IMG/VR virus record: IMGVR_UViG_3300045988_132161
Location: 1 to 18,248 of that record
DNA: 18,248 bases
Strand: one strand, 5' to 3'
Origin: a virus
Positions 1-5,290 of this stretch are shown piece by piece (position 1 is the first letter of the stretch; each line of letters starts with the position of its first letter). A program made the translations under genes and the position numbers. Under the pieces are notes generated by a model, which ran no database searches, was not told the origin of the DNA, and saw nothing but the letters and a program-made list of their open reading frames with translations.

Positions 1-154
1 TGAGTGGTGGGATCTGTGGGAAATTTTTCCCATAGTATTTTTTTTTATGGTATGTTTTCTTTTTTTTGTTTTTTTGTGTGTGTGGTTGTTGGTGGTTCTG
101 TTGTAGTTTGCTGCTGGTTTTTTTATTTTTTCTGTCTTTTTTTGCGTTTTCCGG

Positions 155-183
155 TTGTGTTGTTTTTTTGTGTGTGGTATAGT
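155..183 (+). promoter_or_regulatory. ITR promoter a: TTGTGT, 17-nt spacer, TGgTATAGT (extended -10), firing inward
   Basis: TTGTGT at 155..160, a 17-nt spacer, TATAGT at 178..183 and TG at 175..176. This is sigma-70/sigma-A-like geometry. Confidence 0.5.
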
Positions 184-275
184 GTAGTTATCAACTTCAA
201 AGAAAGGTTGTGAAATGATTACTGTTTTTTATTTCGTTGTTGGCCATGGGGTTCCTGTGGGGCTTGTCGTTCCGG

Positions 276-304
276 TTGTGTGGTGAGGTTGGTGTGTTGA
301 TAAT
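276..304 (+). promoter_or_regulatory. ITR promoter b (weaker): TTGTGT, 17-nt spacer, GATAAT
   Basis: A second copy of the TTCCGGTTGTGT core (270..281) supplies TTGTGT at 276..281. A 17-nt spacer is followed by GATAAT at 299..304. Confidence 0.3.
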
Positions 305-465
305 GGTTTTCATTGTTGGTGTTCTTGCCGTCTTGCTTGGCTGCGAGCTGTTTTTGATGTGCAGTGATGTTTCGCGGGATGTTGGGGACGTGTTGTTGCT
401 TTGTACTGGTCTTGTTGTGGGTTTGGTTGTTGTTGTTGTGTTCAGTCATTGATGGGAGTGTTGTT

Positions 466-714
466 ATGGCTGGTGTTGATGTGAGGGTTGCCGTGTTTCC
501 GTCCCGGTTTGTGGATGGTGATGTGGAGTTGTGGTATGTGCCTCGGGATCATTGTTATGATTTGAGGTATGTGGTGCGGTTTCGCCCGTTTGGGTGTGGT
601 TCGCGTAGTGAGGTGGCGTCTTGTTTGTATGATGCCGGCGATTATAAGGAGGTTGCGGGTATGATCGTGGATGCTGTGACTATTGCCGTTACGCCTTTGT
701 TGCATAGGAGTTGA
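466..714 (+). CDS. Hypothetical early protein (82 aa); the first 16 codons lie inside the ITR
   Basis: ATG at 466 sits 7 nt after GGGAG (454..458). This is the internal Met of ORF 364..714. The product MAGVDVRVAVFPSRFVDGDVELWYVPRDH... looks like a soluble protein, and its stop abuts the next start (TGAATG). Confidence 0.6.
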   Translation: MAGVDVRVAVFPSRFVDGDVELWYVPRDHCYDLRYVVRFRPFGCGSRSEVASCLYDAGDYKEVAGMIVDAVTIAVTPLLHRS

Positions 715-891
715 ATGATGGTTGAGACGTTTGTCGTGTTGGCGTATGTGCGTCATGAGGACAGGCCTGTTGAGGTTGGTTGTGCGTCGTCGTATGATGG
801 GGCTTCTCGTCTGGTGCGTGAGTGGGCTGTGAGGCCGGCTTGTGTGAAGGATGTGGCTTATTTTAGGATTGAGGGTAGGTTTTATGTCTGA
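715..891 (+). CDS. Hypothetical early protein (58 aa)
   Basis: Hand-translated ORF below the track cutoff: MMVETFVVLAYVRHEDRPVEVGCASSYDGASRLVREWAVRPACVKDVAYFRIEGRFYV. It starts directly after the stop at 712..714, and its stop overlaps the next start (ATGTCTGA). Confidence 0.5.
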   Translation: MMVETFVVLAYVRHEDRPVEVGCASSYDGASRLVREWAVRPACVKDVAYFRIEGRFYV

Positions 892-1408
892 GGGTTTTGT
901 TCGTGGGGATGTGTCTGTCCCTGTGTTTAGGCTTCGTAGTTTTGATGATGCGATCATGGAGTCTCCTCGCGTGGTGAAGGCGGTGAGGGGTCATGTTCGT
1001 GAGTTGAATTTGAAGCGTTTTGATGCTGGTTTTGGTGATTTTGAATCGTGTTGTCGTGCGGTGAATATGCTGTGCGAATTGTGGTCTGGGGCTCGTTCTG
1101 AATGGTTTGGTAGGGCTGTGATCGCCGTTTCGAACATTTGTGCTTCCTTGTCTCCTCATGATGGTTTGCAGGCTGCTTTGTCGCGTACGTATGATGTGGA
1201 GTATTTGGATGGTTCCATTAATGGTCCGAATCTTATTGCGTGGACTGCTGTCTGTCGTGTCAAGGGTGGTTCTGGTTTCGACTGTTGCACGGTTTTCGAC
1301 CATTATGGGGCGAAGTGTTTGATTCTTGCGGTGTCCAAGAGTTTTTGCAGGTTGGATACCATGTGTTATACTGATAGTCAGCTGCAGGCTATTCTTTTAG
1401 GGAGGTAA
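884..1408 (+). CDS. Hypothetical early protein (174 aa, Cys-rich)
   Basis: Internal ATG at 884 of ORF 851..1408, preceded by GAGGGTAGG (871..879). It is coupled to the upstream and downstream genes. I recognise no family. Confidence 0.6.
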   Translation: MSEGFVRGDVSVPVFRLRSFDDAIMESPRVVKAVRGHVRELNLKRFDAGFGDFESCCRAVNMLCELWSGARSEWFGRAVIAVSNICASLSPHDGLQAALSRTYDVEYLDGSINGPNLIAWTAVCRVKGGSGFDCCTVFDHYGAKCLILAVSKSFCRLDTMCYTDSQLQAILLGR

Positions 1409-1728
1409 TGATGGCTAAGGTTAAGTCTGGTATTTTCCGTACTCGCGTGTTTGCCGTGCTTAAGGGTATGGAATTGGTGGATGGCGACTTTACGCAGTCC
1501 GAGCATGTTATTGACGGGCGTCTTAAGGATGCTCGTGCGTACTCGGTTCGTGCGAAGAAGCTGTTTCCGAATTTCATTCCGCGTTCCATCGAGATTTACT
1601 CTCAGAGGGTTACGATGGATGATGAGACGTTTTACAGGCATGCGACTTTCGAGGAACCGCAGAAGTGGAATCCCGAAGAACATACAAAAAAGCAACACGC
1701 CGAAGTTGAAAACAACGACGGCATGTGA
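1408..1728 (+). CDS. Putative histone-like dsDNA-binding protein (phi29 p6-like)
   Basis: 106 aa. GGAGG lies at 1401..1405, so the real start may be the second ATG at 1411. By-eye alignment with phi29 p6 as I recall it shares MAK..I.(K/R)T.V....VDG(E/D)...G.L...A...(R/K)K...V.(V/I)E...V....E.F...AT and an acidic tail. Its position upstream of SSB-TP-DNAP matches phi29 genes 6-5-3-2. Confidence 0.45.
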   Translation: MMAKVKSGIFRTRVFAVLKGMELVDGDFTQSEHVIDGRLKDARAYSVRAKKLFPNFIPRSIEIYSQRVTMDDETFYRHATFEEPQKWNPEEHTKKQHAEVENNDGM

Positions 1729-1734
1729 TATAAA
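1706..1734 (+). promoter_or_regulatory. Promoter P2: TTGAAA, 17-nt spacer, TGaTATAAA (extended -10)
   Basis: TTGAAA at 1706..1711, a 17-nt spacer, TG at 1726..1727 and TATAAA at 1729..1734. It overlaps the stop of the p6-like gene and lies upstream of the SSB gene. Confidence 0.55.
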
Positions 1735-1791
1735 AAGATTTAGGCACAAAGCCTAGAAAACAACAATAACAACGATAATCAAGGGAAGGAT

Positions 1792-2235
1792 ATGATCCTC
1801 ATGGAAAACAACAACACCGCACTCGTCGCATTCAACACCGAGAACACCGAGCTCGGCACCGTCCAGCACTTCATCGACACTTCGACCCGCGAAGGCAAGA
1901 TCAAGCTCTACTCCGCCCTCCAGAATGCCGAAAAGCTGGACGAACACCTCAACGAGCCGCTGGCCATGGTGAACGCCGTCGCACAGGCCGTACAGGTGAC
2001 CGACGATCAGACGGGCGAGGTTTCCAACACCGTGCGCGTCATCATCGTGACCGCCGACAACAAGGCGTACGCCGCCACCTCACCCACTCTGGCAGCCGGA
2101 CTGAACACCATGTTCGGCATCTTCGGAACGCCGAACACGTGGACCGAACCGCTCACCATCAAGGTGATCGAACGTCGCTCCCGCCGCGGTTTCAAGTTCT
2201 TCAGCATCGAACCGGTGGTTGAAGAAGCCAAGTGA
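1792..2235 (+). CDS. Putative single-stranded DNA-binding protein (phage-type SSB)
   Basis: 147 aa, with SD GGGAAGGA upstream. The pattern ...LYSALQNAEKLDEHLNEPL...V.VTDDQTGEV...VRVIIVTADNKAYAATSPTLAAGLNTMFGIFGTPNTW.EPL.IKV.E.RSRRGFKFFSIE resembles lactococcal-phage-type SSBs from memory. Its position corresponds to phi29 gene 5. Confidence 0.45.
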   Translation: MILMENNNTALVAFNTENTELGTVQHFIDTSTREGKIKLYSALQNAEKLDEHLNEPLAMVNAVAQAVQVTDDQTGEVSNTVRVIIVTADNKAYAATSPTLAAGLNTMFGIFGTPNTWTEPLTIKVIERRSRRGFKFFSIEPVVEEAK

Positions 2236-2265
2236 CCTACCGACCGGTAGATAGATCCCATTCAT

Positions 2266-2291
2266 AGAGAGCACCCCTTCGGGTGCTCTCT
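2266..2291 (+). terminator. Hairpin between SSB and TP genes (partial terminator or attenuator candidate)
   Basis: AGAGAGCACCC, loop cttc, GGGTGCTCTCT: an 11-bp perfect stem with a 4-nt loop. It is followed by CCATCTTG, which is a weak U tract. Confidence 0.4.
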
Positions 2292-2315
2292 CCATCTTGA
2301 AGGGGAGTATGCCCT

Positions 2316-3278
2316 ATGTCCCGCAAACAGAAGCACGTCAAGGCACGTCAAGCCGCACAAGCCCGTGCCGCACGCAACATCAAACAGCTCGGCGCCTATT
2401 CGCATGCGAATCTCGCCAAAACCGCCGACAGGCAGCTCGTCAACATCGCCAAAACGCTCGGACAGGAGTGGGATAGGCAGAAGAGGCAGGCCATCGTGGA
2501 AGCGAAAGCCACCCCCTACCATGCCACCGTCGTGCCGAAACCCACGAAACAGGATTACCTGTTCGCCGCGCGTGCCGACATCACGGACGCACGGATCGCA
2601 GCGGAACCGGTGGCGAAGCGGCGCAAACTCCTACGCCAACAACGGCGGAAGATCAATGCGGCACGGCAGCGGATCAACGATTGGAACAAGGCGCAAGCCA
2701 TGCCACCTAAAAGCGTGTACGACCAGCGTATGGACGAACTTTCCGACACTACCGATGAGGGTTTCGGCCGCAATCAGATCATCCCCTCCAAGCTTACCGA
2801 TTTTCTCCAAATGAAGAACGTGCTTGGCGACGAAGCCTTTGTCAGGAGCCAGTTGGAAGGCGGTCATCGTAAGGAACTGTTGAACCAGATGCATGACGCC
2901 GCCGAGATTCTGGGCTTGCGTACCGAACGGGAAGCCGGGACGGGCGGAAAGCCTAAGGCGAAGGCGAAGAAGAGGCAGGACTTGTATGATGAAGGCCGAT
3001 GGCCGTCGTACATGCGTAAGTCGCGTTACGAAATGTTCGAAAAGATTCTGGGCTCGTCGCTCGGATCGAAGCGTCTGAAACGGTTCCGCAAGCTGACGGC
3101 CGCGCAGAAGCGTGCTTTCATCGAATTGACGGATGCGCCTCGCATCGTGTTCGACTGGTCCACGTATGATCCGGTCCGGCACGGTTTCGTTTCGGCTTTG
3201 CGTGAGGATAGCGAAGGCTACTCTCGCTCCCGCAGGAATTTCGACCGTTGGATGGCGGAGGTTGAGGCACTGGCGTAA
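2316..3278 (+). CDS. Putative terminal protein (positional call)
   Basis: 320 aa, SD AAGGGGAG upstream. It ends 28 nt before the DNAP start, matching the phi29 gene 3-2 order. The N-terminus is very basic (MSRKQKHVKARQAAQARAARNIK) and there is an internal KPKAKAKKR. I see no sequence-level match. Confidence 0.5.
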   Translation: MSRKQKHVKARQAAQARAARNIKQLGAYSHANLAKTADRQLVNIAKTLGQEWDRQKRQAIVEAKATPYHATVVPKPTKQDYLFAARADITDARIAAEPVAKRRKLLRQQRRKINAARQRINDWNKAQAMPPKSVYDQRMDELSDTTDEGFGRNQIIPSKLTDFLQMKNVLGDEAFVRSQLEGGHRKELLNQMHDAAEILGLRTEREAGTGGKPKAKAKKRQDLYDEGRWPSYMRKSRYEMFEKILGSSLGSKRLKRFRKLTAAQKRAFIELTDAPRIVFDWSTYDPVRHGFVSALREDSEGYSRSRRNFDRWMAEVEALA

Positions 3279-3305
3279 CGTGTCTCATCGAAGGGAAGTT
3301 ATATC

Positions 3306-4757
3306 ATGACGATGATCAAAAGTAGGGTCGGATTATGGTGTGCCGACGGTGTGATACGGTTTACGGACGGCACGGGATTGCATGATGTCGGCTCCCCCGC
3401 CGCCATGATGGCGGCTGTCATGACCGGAGGCAGGCTTACCGTCTACGTGACCGACCCTGATGTGCTCGATCCTTTCATTGCGCATGTCGTGCATGCGCTC
3501 CCCCATAATGAGCATCGCGCGAACCTGAGCTGGGATGGCATCGTTTCCAAGAAGGGCAGGTTTTTCAGCTTCTGTGTGACCGTCGACCGGGATGATTCGA
3601 TCCGCTTCTTCGACGTTTCGAACCTGCTGCGGGAAAACTGCCGTATCACCATGACGGACAGGCAGTTGTTGGCTGTTCTTGCCGAATATGAGAAGCGTGG
3701 CCTGTGCAGGATCACCGCGGGCGCGGCCAGCATGGAAGCGTTCGTCAGGGGGGATTGGGAATGGTATGATGGCAAATTCCCCCAGCTCGGTTCGGAGGAT
3801 AAAATGTCGTTGCATGGGGCTTATATCGGAGGATTCATGCTGGCCAAGGAAGGACGGTATGGCAAGGCCATTGACGTTGACTGCAATTCCATGTACCCGT
3901 CCATTTTGAAGGATGAATGGCTTCCGTGGGGGCTTCCGGAACCGTATGACGGCGAATATGAGCGGGATGACGACATGCCGTTGCATTGCGACGAAATGAC
4001 GTTCCGTGCGGAATTGAAACCGGACGGGTGTCCTTTCCTGTTGGACAACCGTAGCATGTACGGTTTGAATCGTCTCACTTCGACACGAGGCTATGTCACG
4101 CGTGTCCTGACCGACATCGACCAGAAGCTGCTCGAAGAGAATTATGACGTGACCGTGTACGAACGTGTGCGTGGGTGGAAGTTCCGTAGGAACAAAGGGT
4201 TTTTCCGCTCTTTCGTCGAAGAATGGGGCGCGTTGAAGCAGCGTGGGACGGGGGAGGGAAGGCAGATGGCCAAGCTCATCATGAACGCTCTCGTGGGCAA
4301 GATGGCAAGCCTGCCGAAAGGCGCCGTCATGCTCCCCTCTTCGAAGGATGGCGTCACCGTCGAATGGGATGTCGCCCATCGTGACGGGTCGAATCTGAAG
4401 ACCGATTATCTGCCGGTCCCCATATGGGTGAACGCTTATGCGCGTAGGAAGCTTATGACGGTCTGCCGTGCGAATGCGGATCGGCTCCTGTATGCCAATA
4501 CGGACGGCTGCATACTGTCCGGCTGGGATCCGGTGGCATCATGCGAGATTCATCCGACCGAATTGGGCAAATGGAAGATCGCCGCCAAGTATGATAGGCT
4601 CACCATTCTGGGAGTGAATCGATATCAGGGGTGGCGTTGCGATGGTGGAGTGGATGTCTGCATGGCGGGAAGCGTGTTCGACGAGCCCATCCCCTATGAG
4701 CGGTTCCGGCATGGCGTACAGGTGCGCGACGCCTGCGGTACGATGGTCATGCTATGA
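3306..4757 (+). CDS. Protein-primed family-B DNA polymerase (phi29 gp2-like, short and divergent)
   Basis: 483 aa. Motif A is IDVDCNSMYPS (phi29 FDVNSLYP), motif B is KLIMNALVGKMAS (phi29 KLMLNSLYGKFAS) and motif C is LLYANTDGCIL (phi29 IYCDTDSIHL). RITAGAASMEAF matches phi29 RMTAGSDSLKGF. A TPR2-like insertion, SLPKGAVMLPSSKDGV...PIWVNAYAR, lies between motifs B and C. Confidence 0.9.
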   Translation: MTMIKSRVGLWCADGVIRFTDGTGLHDVGSPAAMMAAVMTGGRLTVYVTDPDVLDPFIAHVVHALPHNEHRANLSWDGIVSKKGRFFSFCVTVDRDDSIRFFDVSNLLRENCRITMTDRQLLAVLAEYEKRGLCRITAGAASMEAFVRGDWEWYDGKFPQLGSEDKMSLHGAYIGGFMLAKEGRYGKAIDVDCNSMYPSILKDEWLPWGLPEPYDGEYERDDDMPLHCDEMTFRAELKPDGCPFLLDNRSMYGLNRLTSTRGYVTRVLTDIDQKLLEENYDVTVYERVRGWKFRRNKGFFRSFVEEWGALKQRGTGEGRQMAKLIMNALVGKMASLPKGAVMLPSSKDGVTVEWDVAHRDGSNLKTDYLPVPIWVNAYARRKLMTVCRANADRLLYANTDGCILSGWDPVASCEIHPTELGKWKIAAKYDRLTILGVNRYQGWRCDGGVDVCMAGSVFDEPIPYERFRHGVQVRDACGTMVML

Positions 4758-4900
4758 TGGGAATCGTTCTTCGAGCATTGATTTTCGGCTGGGAGAGACA
4801 TGGTTCGGACTGCCACGGCTGAGAATGCCGCCGATCATGGTTTGCCGTCGTGGTGACGGCGCCCTACGATTTTCGCCTCATGCTCTTATAGGACGTTTCG

Positions 4901-4930
4901 GGCCCTCCGTGATTGGAGGGCCTTTTGCTT
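4901..4930 (+). terminator. Rho-independent terminator closing the replication operon
   Basis: GGCCCTCC, loop gtgatt, GGAGGGCC: an 8-bp GC-rich stem at 4901..4922, followed by TTTTGCTT. Confidence 0.75.
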
Positions 4931-4939
4931 GCCGTGGCA

Positions 4940-4948
4940 TGATATGAT
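4940..4948 (+). promoter_or_regulatory. Promoter P3 (late): extended -10 TGaTATGAT
   Basis: TG at 4940..4941 and TATGAT at 4943..4948, just downstream of the terminator and 36 nt upstream of the scaffold ATG. There is no convincing -35. Confidence 0.4.
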
Positions 4949-4983
4949 TGGAGAGGAAACATTGCCTATCGTAAGGAGATTGC

Positions 4984-5268
4984 ATGGCAGAACCGACCAC
5001 TGGCGACGAGGATGCTCCCGTCCAGCCGCCGACCGTGGAGGAGAGGGAGACCGAAACCGTCGACGATGAGGTCAAGCCGAACGGGGATTCGGGGCCGGAG
5101 TCGAAGGACGGCGGGCCGGACGTGTCCGCACGACTCGATGCCATCGAGAAGGAGTTGGCCGCATTGAAGGCCATGATGGACACGCTCGGATACACGGACC
5201 CCACTCCGGCCGATGACGGCGATGATGGCGTCGAAGCGCAGCATTCCATCGAAGACCTGTTCGATTAA
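4984..5268 (+). CDS. Scaffolding protein (phi29 gp7-like by size, charge and position)
   Basis: 94 aa and very acidic (D/E-rich), with a helical segment ARLDAIEKELAALKAMMDTL. SD AAGGAG lies upstream and the gene sits immediately before the major capsid gene. Confidence 0.6.
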   Translation: MAEPTTGDEDAPVQPPTVEERETETVDDEVKPNGDSGPESKDGGPDVSARLDAIEKELAALKAMMDTLGYTDPTPADDGDDGVEAQHSIEDLFD

Positions 5269-5290
5269 CCATAGTTAGGAGATATTCACC

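Larger units (their letters stand above)
1..514. repeat. Left inverted terminal repeat (514 bp), reverse complement of 17735..18248
   Basis: ORFs 4..213, 219..449, 237..452 and the first 50 codons of 364..714 translate identically from the opposite strand at 18036..18245, 17800..18030, 17797..18012 and 17592..17885. Direct base comparison of 1..70, 181..240 and 466..514 with the right end also matches. Identity breaks between 514 and 515 (right side between 17735 and 17734). The first ~235 bp are AT-rich with many T4-T9 runs. Confidence 0.95.

Noticed and set aside
1-12. A terminal nucleotide reiteration for sliding-back or jumping-back initiation (the GTGGTG at 4..9).
   Set aside because: The first bases TGAGTGGTGG do not form a clean terminal repeat like AAA in phi29 or CATCAT in adenovirus. 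Assemblies often lack the very terminal bases, so no conclusion is possible from this sequence alone.
4-452. ORFs inside the ITR (4..213 and 237..452 on +, 219..449 on -) and their mirror copies at the right end.
   Set aside because: The products are pure composition artefacts. The G+T-rich strand gives F/V/C/G/W-rich peptides and the A+C-rich strand gives N/Q/T/H/K-rich peptides. None has an SD, and 4..213 would start 3 nt from the genome end. The hydrophobic 237..452 ORF cannot be fully excluded as a tiny membrane protein, but nothing supports it.
442-1303. Minus-strand ORFs 442..957 and 863..1303 in the left arm, which would give a phi29-like leftward early operon.
   Set aside because: Their translations are P/T/H/R-rich and low in complexity. 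The + strand ORFs, by contrast, have SD sites, start/stop coupling and protein-like sequences.
4642-5249. ORFs 4642..4947 (+) and 4878..5249 / 4966..5244 (-) in and around the DNAP-scaffold intergenic region.
   Set aside because: The first starts inside the DNAP gene in another frame and runs through a terminator. The others are antisense to the scaffold gene. None has an SD or a protein-like composition.
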